Shown piece by piece: positions 35,180-47,200 of a stretch of DNA of 52,563 nt. Positions within the stretch are counted from its first letter, which is position 1. Each line of letters begins with the position of its first letter. The translations under genes were made by a program, and so were the position numbers. The notes under the pieces were generated by a model. That model had not been told where the DNA came from. It saw only the letters and a program-made list of their open reading frames with translations, and did no database searches. This stretch comes from Chiloscyllium plagiosum (taxonomy: Eukaryota): contig NC_057718.1 of the NCBI RefSeq assembly GCF_004010195.1, positions 14,140,492 to 14,193,054 of the forward strand, in the 5' to 3' direction.

Positions 35180-35550
35180 TGTGAATCACAAAATCAGATA
35201 ATTAATACAGAAGGTGGCCATTCTGCCCATCATGTCGACTCTCCTAGTGGGCATGTCATTTGGTCCCGTTATCCTGCCTTCTGCCTGTAGTCCTGCACAT
35301 TTTGCTGTGCATTCCAATCCTAACCACTCGCTGCATGATAAAGCTTTCCTTCATATCACTTTTGCAAATTATTTTAAATCTGTGCCCTCTCCTTGATCCT
35401 GTCACGAGTGGCAAGAGTCTCCCTCTCCTTTTTGTCCAATACCCTTCACCCACTTTCAGGCTCAGACCAGATTTCTTCTTAGCCATCCCTTTTCCAAGTG
35501 AAATGGTCCCAGTTTTTCCAAATGATCTTCATAACCGAAGTTCCTCATCC
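35180..35550 (-). mobile_element. Very old CR1 3' fragment
   Basis: ORF 35256-35486 contains RRGHRFKIICK...FIMQRVVRI. Confidence 0.65.
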
Positions 35551-36111
35551 TCAGAAGGCTGTGTGGCTTCTCAGACCCAGGATGACGAGCGGAGGCCTGT
35601 CACTGGGGTAAATCACACAGAGGGAGCTGGCTTGCTGTGATACTGTTACTTGATCATCCTGATTTGCGAGGGACAGCATGCAAATATTTGGGTAGTGGGT
35701 GCCAGGCAGGGGTTTTTGGGCTACGGTATTCACAAAAGATGCTGAATAGGTGACACGGGGGACCAGAAGCCTGGCATGATTTGGGAATATTGTCTAAACC
35801 ATTCACTATGATGTTAGCTTACGGTCCTATCCACTGCCCACCCACTGACTCTAGGGGTATAAATATAAATATAACTTGAGGGGCCGCTAAGTTTAGATCT
35901 GTTTGAGATTGAATTGTGGCTCATTTTGAAGGTTTGTGAGCTGTAGTGACAGCCAAGAGTAGTGACAGTGTTACATTTGCAAAAGGGAACAGTGTTGATG
36001 TTTCAACAATGGCAGTGCTGCAACTGCTGATGGCAGTGTGGCTAATGGCTATGTGTACTTACTCAGAATGGGTATCCTTATGCCTCTATTTCTGTCCCTT
36101 CCTGTCTCTCG

Positions 36112-36462
36112 TGAGGGGAGTGAATGGGCTGAATAGTCAAGGTCTTTTTCCCAGGTGAGGGGAATCAAAAACAAGAGGGCATGGTTTCAGGTGAGAGGGG
36201 AAAGATTTAGAACGGACGTCAGGGGCAACCTTTTCACACAGAGGGTGGTACGTGTATGGAATGAGCTGCCAGAGGAAGTTGTGGAGGCTGGTACAATTAC
36301 AGCATTTAAAAGGCATGTGGATGGGTACATGAATAGAAAGGGTTTAGAGGGATATGGGCCAAGTGCTGGCAAATGGGAGTAGATTAATTTAGGATATCTG
36401 GTCGGCATAGACAAGCTGGACCGAAGAGTCTGGTTCTGTGCTGTACGTCTCTATGACTCTAT
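36112..36462 (+). mobile_element. CR1 3' fragment
   Basis: ORF 36155-36382: RGERFRTDVRGNLFTQRVVRVWNELPEEVVEAG. Confidence 0.92.
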
Positions 36463-36818
36463 CTCTTTTTCTCTCGCTCCTCTATTCATCTCTTTTTATC
36501 TGTCACTTTCCTCTTCCCGTTTCACTTTCTCTCCCACTTGCTCACTTCATTCTTTCCCCCTCTATCTGTCTTTCATCCCCCTGACTTTATGTCTCTCCCT
36601 CTATCTCCTCCTTTCTGTCAAACGCCCATCTTCTCCCCCTCTCTTTCTCCCTCATCTGTTCCATTCTTTTTCTCCCTTTCTCTCTCTTTCACTCTCAATC
36701 TCCCTGTCTCCTTCTCCATTTCTCTTTCTGTCTGTCTTTAACTTGCCCATTTTATTTTTCTCATGGTTTCTCTCTCTTTGATATCTCCCTGTCTGTCTTG
36801 CGTAATTGTTTCTTTTAG
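36463..36818. repeat. Polypyrimidine (CT-rich) tract
   Basis: About 350 bp strongly C/T-biased on the + strand. Confidence 0.85.
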
Positions 36819-37839
36819 ATTTCAAAATTCTACTAGTATGGTTTATTCACCGTAGCATTCGAAAAGAACTATACTCGCAGCGTACTTCTAGGGCTAATGT
36901 ACTTTTCAGGGAATGTTATTAGGAATGTTGCTCGGAGCACAATTTGATCTTCAAAGACAATTTTGTTTTTAAATCTGCGATATGACTTATCTCCACTCTC
37001 CAGTGCGTCTGCCCTGGACTTGAATCAAAATAGATGTACCTGATGAAAGACAGAGATTGGTGAGCTTGGTATGTTATGAATAGGAATGCAGCTTATCTAT
37101 GCTATTTGAAGTTCAGGGAGATCTCTCTTCACCAGCTAGTTCTCGCTTGTTGTGACTGTTTTCCCCACAGTTTTCACACTTGCTTTGGTATAAGCCAATG
37201 GAGCCCTGTGTAAACAGGTTGCTGTGGCTGAGACTGATGTGAGGAGGCTCCTAGAGAGCTGCGGCAATGGTGTCCTACTTGGAGTTGCTGTGTTGGGTCG
37301 AGCTACAACTGTAACTGTCTAAATCTGTGCCTGTCAAACACACACTGAACCCAGTTAACCTGCTGCTTGCACTTGAGACAAGAAATCAGGAGTTGGGAAG
37401 TGGAAATACTGTAAAGCTTGGCTCTGATAAAGAAGGCTCATTCCAGTAACCTAAAGCTCACTGACACTGGCAGTTCTTCTTTCAAGTCATTGCTTCCTTG
37501 CTGAAGAACATGGTTGGTTTGTGGCTGCATTGTTCCACAAAGCTATTCTTGCCTTAGTTGGTAGCATCCTCACCACTGGAGTTGGGTTTGAACCCCACCC
37601 TGGTCATTGAAGCCATTTGCCAGGCCCTCATTTCTTTCAGGAGCTGCAGAGTTGAATTCATGAATTGCCAGCCCCATCTTTGGACTTTCCCGGAAACCTT
37701 CATTACCAATGGAACATTTTGGAGTTCAGTCAGTTTTATTATTTAGGAAAATACCAAAGGCAATTTCTGTATAGCAAGCTTCTAGAAATGGTAATCAACA
37801 GTTAGTCTGTTGTTGTAGGATCGGGGCTGGTGGAGGGTG

Positions 37840-38890
37840 CTGTGTTGGGTGAGGTTGGGTGTTAGATAGGGGTCAGTGTTGGGTGAAGGGTCAGTGTTGG
37901 GTGAGGGGTCGGTGTTGGGTGAGGGGTCGGTGTTGGGTGAGGGGTCGGTGTTGGGTGAGGGGTNNNNNNNNNNNNNNNNNNNNNNNNNNNNNNNNNNNNN
38001 NNNNNNNNNNNNNNNNNNNNNNNNNNNNNNNNNNNNNNNNNNNNNNNNNNNNNNNNNNNNNNNNNNNNNNNNNNNNNNNNNNNNNNNNNNNNNNNNNNNN
38101 NNNNNNNNNNNNNNNNNNNNNNNNNNNNNNNNNNNNNNNNNNNNNNNNNNNNNNNNNNNNNNNNNNNNNNNNNNNNNNNNNNNNNNNNNNNNNNNNNNNN
38201 NNNNNNNNNNNNNNNNNNNNNNNNNNNNNNNNNNNNNNNNNNNNNNNNNNNNNNNNNNNNNNNNNNNNNNNNNNNNNNNNNNNNNNNNNNNNNNNNNNNN
38301 NNNNNNNNNNNNNNNNNNNNNNNNNNNNNNNNNNNNNNNNNNNNNNNNNNNNNNNNNNNNNNNNNNNNNNNNNNNNNNNNNNNNNNNNNNNNNNNNNNNN
38401 NNNNNNNNNNNNNNNNNNNNNNNNNNNNNNNNNNNNNNNNNNNNNNNNNNNNNNNNNNNNNNNNNNNNNNNNNNNNNNNNNNNNNNNNNNNNNNNNNNNN
38501 NNNNNNNNNNNNNNNNNNNNNNNNNNNNNNNNNNNNNNNNNNNNNNNNNNNNNNNNNNNNNNNNNNNNNNNNNNNNNNNNNNNNNNNNNNNNNNNNNNNN
38601 NNNNNNNNNNNNNNNNNNNNNNNNNNNNNNNNNNNNNNNNNNNNNNNNNNNNNNNNNNNNNNNNNNNNNNNNNNNNNNNNNNNNNNNNNNNNNNNNNNNN
38701 NNNNNNNNNNNNNNNNNNNNNNNNNNNNNNNNNNNNNNNNNNNNNNNNNNNNNNNNNNNNNNNNNNNNNNNNNNNNNNNNNNNNNNNNNNNNNNNNNNNN
38801 NNNNNNAGGGTTGGTGTTGGGGTACAGTGTTGGGTGAGGGGTACAGTGTTGGGTGAAGGGTTGGTGTTGGGTCAGTGTTGGGTGAGGGAT
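37840..38890. repeat. G-rich 18-bp minisatellite (GTGTTGGGTGAGGGGTCG) spanning an assembly gap
   Basis: The unit repeats on both sides of the N run at 37964-38806. Confidence 0.9.
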
Positions 38891-39254
38891 CGATGCTAGC
38901 TGAGTGGTTGGTTTTGGATGAAGGGTAGTGATTAGTTGAGGATTGGTTTGTCTACAATGACAATGAAAACTCTTTGAATAGCTCCACAAGATCCTCCTGT
39001 CCATTTGAGCAATTCAAGTAGTCCTCAGTTTAACATCTGACCCAAAGAATGACTCCCCCAAAAGTGCAACTCCCCTGTCCAGTGTTATTTAGTGACTGTC
39101 CCTGTAAATCTAGTCACAAGTGCATAAGCAGTTCAAAAATCGACCACAGTTTAGATATTTGCACTAAACCTGTCCTCATACATAATCCATAATGAGGTAC
39201 TAGTGTTAGAGTGAGAGGCTAGTTAGTATGCACTAAAAATAAGGCTTTGAAAAA

Positions 39255-39695
39255 GTTGTCGAAGAGGTTTCCTAGAATGGGTTAAAGTAGTTCTTTGCAA
39301 GGAGAGACTGGAGAAGGTAGAGCTGTTCTCTCTGGAGCAGGAATCTAAGAGTGGATACGATCGAGGTGTTTAAAGTCATGAATTGTTTACATAAAAGAAA
39401 CTCTTTCCACTTACTGAAGGGTTGATAACCTGAGAGGATATGCTAACTAAAAGACCAGAGAAAACGTTAGGGGACACATTTTAATCTTAATGGGAGTTGA
39501 GTGCAGTACCTGATAGGCTGGCGGATACAGAATCAAAAGGGAATTGGATAAATACTTAAAAGAATGGGACTTGCAGGGAAAGATTGTGGCAGTGTGACTC
39601 ACTGCATAGATTGCCAAAAGAGCCAGCACAGACTTTGATAGGCTGCAGGACCTGTTTGTGTGTACTGTCCCATTGTATGGTACTGTGACTCTAAT
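39255..39695 (+). mobile_element. Very old CR1 3' fragment
   Basis: GAGAGACTGGAGAAGGTAGAGCTGTTCTCTCTGGAGCAG...TCAAAAGGGAATTGGATAAATACTT...CTGTGACTCTA. Confidence 0.75.
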
Positions 39696-40139
39696 AACAG
39701 CTGAGCCAAGTTCTTTTAAGAGGTCTACTTACAGAACAGGAATAGGTACTACTTGCAGTTCCTGCAGAAGTTGTATTAAAAAGGCCTTTTCCAGGTTGGT
39801 TTGGCTTTTCCACCTCTCCCCACCCCCCACCTCCCCGCAGCTCTCCACCACCCAGTCTCTTCACACACCTGAAAATGTCCTCTGTGCCCAGCTCCTGAGC
39901 TACGCATCTCATTTCCTGCCTCAGCAGACCCATTACAGAAGGTGTAAACCTTACTCTTCCTGCTCACAACAATAAAATCGGGCTGCTTTTTAAATAAGGA
40001 ACTATAAAAGTAACAGTGTCCTGTCTGTGGAATCTCTCCAACTCTTTTCCAGCAAATGCCTCCTGGAGGGAGAGAGAGTATTGCTTCAAAACACACTGAG
40101 CCATTGTTTTACTGGCATCGTTTTGTACTGAGTGAAAGA

Positions 40140-40620
40140 TAAGCACAGGAGGAGGCCATTCAGCCCCTCAAGCTTTTCTCTGTTAGATTGTGACTGATTT
40201 CTACCTCAGCTCAGTCTAACTGTCTTTAATCCCCATGCCTAACAGAAATCATGTTAATTCAAAGGTTTTATTTTGAGGGGCAGTTAGATGTTTGCACTGT
40301 GCTCTGTGTGAAGAGGGGCGTCCAGGCATCACCACATTTTAAGGTTCTGTCCCCTGTTTACTGGTCTTCCATCCCCCCCCCCCCCAAAACAGAGGAAATA
40401 GTTTCTCTCTAACTACCCTATCAAATCTTTTAAATGATCATAAACTCCTCAATTAAGTTGCCCCTTAATTTGAGGGAACGCAAGTCTAGATATGAAAAAT
40501 ATTAAGGGACATGGGGACAATGTGGGAAAATGGTGCTGAGATAGATCAGCCCTGATCTTATTGAATGGCAGACAGGCTGGAGGGGCTGAATGGCCTACCC
40601 CTGTTCCTAATTTCCTGTGT
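40140..40620. mobile_element. Old CR1 tail fragments in opposite orientations
   Basis: GGAGGCCATTCAGCCCCTC (minus-strand tail, 40150) and GGGCTGAATGGCCTACCCCTGTTCC (plus-strand tail, about 40585). Confidence 0.65.
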
Positions 40621-41234
40621 TGCCTCGGCAACCAGGCCTCATAATTTTACCCTCATCACTTCAGTCTCGTTCTGGAGATGCTGTCGCGTTCTCGAAGGTT
40701 GTTGCAGCATTTCAGGATGGTGTCTGCTGATGAGCACAGCTGCTCTGACTGATCATGGGCACGGCTTGGATTCCCCGTGGTGGTGGGGAGGAGGAGGACA
40801 GGGGACGGTTGTTGTTTGACCTCTGGCTGGAGATTGATTTATTTGTCCAGCCCACCTTTGTAGGTCTTTTGTGCGGCCAGCAATCAGCTCGGCAGGAGAG
40901 CTTCTCAGCACAGCTTTGCGACATCCTCCTGCTATTGACCGTGTGCCCCTGATGACTGAGGTCTGTTTCCTATCCATCGGTTTATCCTTTGAACCTCTCC
41001 TGAATTTCAAAGCTGTTTTTAAGCTGAATAGCTGCAACAAGCTTTGCTCTCTGTATTTGAGTTAGGGAACAATTGACCTCATCTCCTTGTGTTTTACATC
41101 CTTTGTGTTTTTTGTTATAGTGTCCTTCCGAGAAAGAATTCTTGACATCTTTCCTGGGTCTGGCCTACATGTGATTCCAGACCCACAGCAATGTGGTAGA
41201 CTCTTAATGGCTCTCTGGGCAATAAATGCTGGCT

Positions 41235-41454
41235 TGAAGGGCGTGATGCTGGAAAAACACAGCTGGTCAGGCAGCATCCGAGGAGCAGGAGAATCAACGT
41301 TTCAGGCATAAGCTCTTCAGTAGGAAATCTGATGAAGGGCTTATGCCTGAAACGTCGAATCTCCTGCTCCTCGGATGCTGCCTGACCAGCTGTGTTTTTC
41401 CAGCACCACACTCTTCGATTCTGATCTCCAGTGTGCGCAGTCCTCACTTGCTCC
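41235..41454. mobile_element. Palindromic Penelope-like insertion (family A) with hammerhead core, 15-bp TSD
   Basis: Inverted arms 41243-41318 and about 41333-41408; CTGATGAAGGGCTTATGCCTGAAACGTC at 41329-41356; TSD CAATAAATGCTGGCT at 41220-41234 and 41455-41469. Confidence 0.92.
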
Positions 41455-41684
41455 CAATAAATGCTGGCTGCCTACAAACGAACACAAGGTGAACACTCTC
41501 ATCTTGGCTTTGAACCTCCAGCCATGTCCCTCAATTTGCAGAAACAGCACACTTTGCTGTAACGTTCTGAAGGTAATTTTAAGCACTTTGATTTCCTGCT
41601 TCCTTCAACTGGTCATTTTTCTTTGGTTGCTTGTGAACGAACAGAGACAGTTTGAGTTGGTTGTATTTGTTTCGCAAGTTATAC

Positions 41685-41930
41685 TCATTCATAGAATATG
41701 AAAGTTGCTGGCTGGGCCAGAATTTATTGCATTCCCTTCATTTCCCCCAGAGGAGGCGGAAGTGAGCTGCTTCCTTGAAATACTGCACACCTTGGAGGTG
41801 CAGGGTGCTGTCAGGGAGGGAGTTCCGGGGTTTGACCCAGTGACACTGAATGGACAATGGTGTGTTTCCAAGTCAGGATGGCGAGGGGCACATGTTCCCA
41901 TGTATCGGCTGTCCCTGCCGTTTTGAAACA
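41685..41930 (-). mobile_element. Old non-LTR retrotransposon 3' end
   Basis: GCTGGCTGGGCCAGAATTTATTGC...GTGAGCTGCTTCCTTGAA...GTCAGGGAGGGAGTTCC, same family as 6003-7165. Confidence 0.65.
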
Positions 41931-42387
41931 GCACTTTATTGTTATCAAGCAAACTTGGTGACTGAACCACAAAAGGTGATATTCTCACAAAGGCCTGGAC
42001 AAAGATTTAGTTTTTAATAGGCCTCCTTAAAAGAGAGATTTAGGGAAGGCACCCTGAAGGTTATGGCGCAGGAGAGTGAAGGCACAGTCCACAGCGGTGA
42101 AATGATTTATATCAGGGATATACAAGAGGCCAGGATTGGAAGAGTCCAGAGACCTGGGACGGTATACTGCTCGCCACCTATTTACAGAAGCAGAAGTCTG
42201 CCTGTGATTCCAACAGTTTATTTGCATTTCGTAGTTCAATATAAACTCCTGTCTGCTCTGTCTCCCTTTCATAACCGATTCACCTACTAGCCTAAACCAC
42301 ACCTTTATTTTGTTTTGAAAAAGTACCACCAGATTAAAAAAAAGTGTTAAAATGAAACCTAGCACCAATTTGGTGACCGAAACACGT

Positions 42388-42560
42388 GGGTGACACGATG
42401 GCTCAGTGGTTAGTGCGGCCATCTCACAGTGCCAGGAACCTGGGTTCAGTTCCATCTTTGCGCCACTATTTGTGTTGAGTTTGCACGCCCTCTGTGTTAA
42501 TGTGGGTTTGATCTCCCACAGTCTAAAGATATGCAGGTTAGGTAGACTGGCCAAGCTGAA
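42388..42560 (+). mobile_element. Degenerate HE1/V-type SINE 5' part
   Basis: GATGGCTCAGTGGTTAGTGC...CCTGGGTTCAGTTCC...GAGTTTGCACG...CCCACAGTCTAAAGATATGCAGGTTAGG. Confidence 0.8.
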
Positions 42561-42789
42561 TTACCTATACTCTAGGGACTTGAATCACCTGCGTCAACAC
42601 TGTTAGCTTCTCTGATTCTGCAAGTACTGTCCACCACAGGTAGTGCAACAATATGCAAATGTAGGAAGAGAAGTAAAAGAAGGAGGAGATTAGAATGGAA
42701 TTGGAAGAGAAGTAATGACCTTCAGCCCCCACAGTGCTGGTCTCTCTTTAAAGGCAAAAAAAATCTTTTCTTGTATGCAGTAAGTGCTC

Positions 42790-43370
42790 TTACACACAAT
42801 GAAAGGATTTTTCTCCATCGCTAAGTTACCATTGGCAACTTTCACTGATTAACCACCGTCAGTAAACCTCCTGTGTTCTCCAGTTGATTAATGTATATGC
42901 AAAGCCCATTATGGGTATGTAGACCATCAAAGCTGAGGGAGAGGGAGCGAAACAGAGAAAATTAAATCCCAAAATGGAGTTGGAGGGAGAAATAATGCAC
43001 TCCAACCCTTGTGGTGCCCACCCCTCTCTGGAATAAAAGCCCCTCACTTTCCTTTTATGTCTGGAAATGCTAACATACAAAAACAAAATGGCTTCACCTG
43101 TCACCAAGTTACCTGTGGCAATTTTCACCGATTAACCATCGCCATTAACCCGTGCTTTTTGATTTGATTATATGCAAAGCCCATTAAGGGCATTACAGGC
43201 CTTTAAAAATGAGGGATAGGTGTGGGGGAAATACACCCCCTTTCTTTATATATCCACAAGGACTATCACACACAACTGAATGTTTCTGCTCCCATCACTG
43301 AATCACGGTGACATTTTTTTTGTTTTTAATTATTAACCGCGACCAGTAAATCACCTGTGTAGCCAATTAG
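42790..43370. promoter_or_regulatory. Diverged tandemly triplicated non-coding module with RFX X-box, GATTAACC and ATGCAAAG motifs
   Basis: AAGTTACC..TGGCAA.TTTCAC.GATTAACCA and TATGCAAAGCCCATTA.GGG at 42823/42896 and 43106/43171; partial third copy at about 43265-43365. Confidence 0.5.
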
Positions 43371-43377
43371 ACATCGA

Positions 43378-43565
43378 CATGGCCACAGAAGGCTGTGGAG
43401 GCCAGGTCATTAGGTTTATTTAAGACTGAGGTTCTTGAGGGTCAAGGGTTACGGGGAGAAAGCGGAAGAATGGGGTTGAGAAAACTTATTAGCCAGGATT
43501 GAATGGCAGAGCAGACTCAATGGGCTGAATGGCCTAACTTTTCCTCCTCTATCTTATGGTCTGAA
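43378..43565 (+). mobile_element. CR1 3' end fragment
   Basis: CCACAGAAGGCTGTGGAGGCCAGGTCATT...GGGCTGAATGGCCT...TCTTATGGTCT. Confidence 0.85.
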
Positions 43566-44264
43566 TTGCAAACCCATGGGGACGGGGGTGGGGGTCAAAA
43601 ACACTCTTTAAACGTGTACACAAACAAGCATCAGCTGCTCTCTACTATCTCTGGTGCCTGTTCTAGCCCATCCAAAAGTGACCATCATTTACAACATTGT
43701 CAAGGTGGAGAATACAGAAATAAAGAGGTGCAAGTCCATCACCTCATAGCCCCCGTAGGCACTGAGCTGTGATTGTTTAACACCCTTCATGATGATGTGC
43801 CTAGCTGTCAGTACTTTGTCTTATTTGAAGGGGAATGAAAAGAACTGGGATTGACATCCTCCAGTGATTATGCCAACAATGGGCTAGGCACTTTTTGAAG
43901 ACAACCTTGTTTTCTGATGAAGTTTGCTGCTGTTTTTCACTCGTTAGTTGTGTGGGGATTTCATTACTCAAATATTTATTCACTTTCACGCAAGTGTATG
44001 AAATGGAGCTCACAGGGTCACCTAATGGGTGTTTTTCTAAGTAATGACAATCACTGCACCTCTGCAGACCTCACTTTCTCCAATGGATAGCACAGGCCAA
44101 TGGCCAAGTAAACGCGTTATTATGTAATGGATCAGGACATTCATTTCTGAATTGAGAACTGAAGGGTTTGGGAAGAATTAATAAGCATCCGTATTCCTCT
44201 AAATCTGGTCCCTTGTGCATTCCTGAATTAATTGCTGCACCATTGGTTCCATTTCAGTTATCAA

Positions 44265-44436
44265 GCTCTGGAATTCTCTCCTGAGAACTCTCCACCTTGT
44301 ATCCCTTTGGAATTCTGTCCCGACACCTCTCCACCGCGTATCTCTGTGGAATTCTCTCCTGACACCTCTCCATCTTGTATTCCTTTGGGATTCCCTCCTG
44401 ACACCTCCCCACCTCATCCCTCTGGAATTCCCTCCA
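44265..44436. repeat. 39-bp minisatellite (about 4.4 copies)
   Basis: TGG(A/G)ATTC starts at 44269, 44308, 44347, 44386 and 44423. Confidence 0.9.
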
Positions 44437-46539
44437 GATGCCTGTGTACGTGTGTGTACCTGTCGCCACGTGGAGTATACCACCTGCTGCCCATGTCTGG
44501 TGTGGCCACCGTTGGGATGATGGGTTCCCCCCTCTGCAGCGGGATTGGCTGGTTGGTCCCTGGATACAGGTGACACAGGGAGGGAGGCACTCCATCAGGA
44601 TCAATTCTCCTGCCAGCAGAAAGTGTGAAGCTGCCTGTCGATCAGCTTGGGCTGCACAATGCCTCAGTGGAGTGTGAATCAACTCTTTGCTTTAACCTAG
44701 GGGGCTGCTACTCTGAACGCACCTTTAATTTTTCATTTTCACTCTCACTTCAGTAGTTTGATGAGAAAAAGGATGTTGTGTGTAAGGGGCCAAGAGTGAA
44801 TGGAGCTTGTTTGTTTTCCCTTTCGGTAGGGGGATGTTGCCAATGATATGATTGTCCCCAGGTCCCTCATTAGTATTCAGTGCCTGTGGTCCAGCTGACC
44901 TTGAGATGCTGTATAAACACTGCAGGGTTGAGGGAGTGGGGGCAGGGAGGGGTTTTGCAGCTTGGTCTTTCTGTCGAAGCGTGTGGGCTCAGAGCATATG
45001 GCCCTGACCTTTGCCACTCTCCAGTGGCCTGACTGGAAGATAAATTGCATCCTGCCCGATGTGAAAGTCCTTCAACTGATGGTCTCCACAATGTGGCATG
45101 ATCTGGAGCACCTGTTTACTGGTCAGCTCTCAGAGGGAAGAATTGGAGGGCCACGCAGGAACTGGAAGGCACTGGGCTCACACTGTTTGTGGTCTCCGTT
45201 CACTCCAGTGCTGACCTGAAACAACACTCTGCGTTTACATAGCACCTTTAGCCCAGTTGAAAATGCCTCGGAGCCTTCTCCCACCTTGACGCTTTATGTT
45301 GGGGCAAGTGGCAAGAAGCTTTGGTCAAAGAGGTTGATTTTAAGCGTCTTAATGAAGGAGAGAGTGAGAGAGGCAGAGGTGGAGAGGTTTGAGAGGGAAT
45401 CCCAGATCTAATCCCTTTACTATCTATTTGCTGGATCAGCTTGTCTCTGTCTACCTTAAATCTGTTAAAATCTGATACACCTCTATCAGATCTTCCTCAA
45501 TCTCCTTCGCTCCTTGGAGAACCTGTGAAGGATCTTTTACAGGAGACAATCCTTCAACCTTCCTGTGACCATGACCGGTTTTCTATCATTGAATCACTCG
45601 CTGATTCGGTTTTTGTTTTACTGTCCAGTGTTTTGTGCTTTGGGCCAAGACCCCTTTTGGATAATTCACAATTAAAACCAAATGGTTTTAACGTCATCGG
45701 CACCATTTCCCCTTAATAGAATAACTTATTGAAATGTGGAGCTCATGGTTTCTCATGAACAGAACAATTAAATTTTGTTCTGTTTAATCATCGGGAAGTT
45801 GAGGTTTTTTATTCACCATTTTCTTTATTGTGGATGATGCCTGCCTTGGAGAAGGATGGGAAGTTTATATATTTTTAAAAAATCATCAGATGTAAGCAGC
45901 ACTGCCGTCACTGTGGAGCCAAGGCAACATACCAGAGGCAACTGTATATGCATGTTGAATGGTTTTTGATCAGTGCCGAGGATTTAGCTTCAATAAATGG
46001 CTCTTCAGTTTGGTATCTAACTCCAGCATGGCAACCCAATCCTGCTCATCAGTCACCCACATCATCACTGATCGGCATCCTGTTGTCAACACATCAAATT
46101 TATGATTTTTGTCTGACTATATCAGTCCCTCTGTGGCCTCACTCCATTCAACCTTTCAATTTACCTCCAGCCCTCCCTTTCCTGCACAATTAGAACTCCA
46201 TCCCCCTGTCCTGGGAAGGATTGCTTCCCCTTTCACCTCACCCATTTGATTGCTATGACTGAACATAGTGACACCTAAATGAGGGTATGATCTGTTTTGA
46301 AGTACACAGAGGAGCATATCTGCATTTTTTAGAAGTGTTTGGCATTTGCCGCACAGTTGACTACAGATCTCAATTCCACCATTTTAACAATGTTTGGAGA
46401 TGTTTGTTAGAAAGATAGCAGTGAATGTATATTTGTTCCTCTCCCTATTGTTTTCTTCTAGTTTTTCATATGACTGCTAGTTTCAATCGAGCATCACCTC
46501 ATAGCAGTGGTTTTGAAACCGTTTTAGACTGAGGATGGC

Positions 46540-46890
46540 TGGGCATTATTGATAGATCTCCAGGTCCTGTACAAATATTGATGGACATCCAGGGCCCACC
46601 CCAGTCAGAAATATTGTTGCTCTCTTTGTTCTCCACACATATTGACACTCTCAGGGAGCACCTACTAACACTGCCACATTTTGGGGAATCTCCCACAGAT
46701 ATTGACACATTCCGAGACAATCTCAACTAATATTGAGGTATGGGTGGGTTTCGCTTTGGCGGGTCGGTGTGGACTTGTTGGGCCGAAGGGCCTGTTTCCA
46801 CACTGTAATGTAATCTAATCTAATATTGACACATTCCGAGACAATCTCAACTAATATTGACATATTCTCAGGGACTCTCTGTAATATTTA
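46540..46890. repeat. Degenerate minisatellite of about 30 bp (ATATTGACACATTC..GGGA..CTC); resumes at about 47200-47400 after a CR1
   Basis: Recurrent ATATTGACAC(A/T) motif at about 30-bp spacing. Confidence 0.7.
46737..46822 (+). mobile_element. 86-bp 3' tail of an HE1 SINE/HER1 LINE flanked by a 38-bp direct repeat
   Basis: GGTATGGGTGGG...GGGCCGAAGGGCCTGTTTCCACACTG(TAATC)n; flanks 46699-46736 and 46823-46860 are identical. Confidence 0.9.
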
Positions 46891-46894
46891 TAAA

Positions 46895-47200
46895 GTCACA
46901 GTTTAAAAATAAAAGATCGCCTATTTAAGATAGAGACGTGGAAACATGTTTTCTTTGAGGTTGTGAGACTTTGAAGATCCCTTCCCCAAAAAGCAGTGGG
47001 TGCAGGATCTTTTAAATAGTTTTAAGGCCGAGGTAGATAGATTCTTGATTACCAAGGAGTTGAAAGATTAGTAGGGCAGGCAGGAACGTAGAGTTGAAGT
47101 TAAAAATCAGATCAGCCATGATCTTTCTTGATGGTTAGGGTTCGTAGTTTGATTCTAACTGCATCGCTGGTTTGAACGGCCTATTCTGTAACTTGTTCAT
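46895..47200 (+). mobile_element. Old CR1 3' fragment
   Basis: ATTTAAGATAGAGACGTGGAAACATGTTTTCT...TTTAAGGCCGAGGTAGATAGATTCTTG...GATCAGCCATGATCT. Confidence 0.8.

Noticed and set aside
37859..39004. ORFs of 326-380 aa
   Set aside because: Artefacts of the N gap plus the minisatellite.
44265..44436. CRISPR-like regular repeat
   Set aside because: The whole 39-bp unit is repeated with no unique spacers; eukaryotic context; resembles an amplified LINE tail segment.
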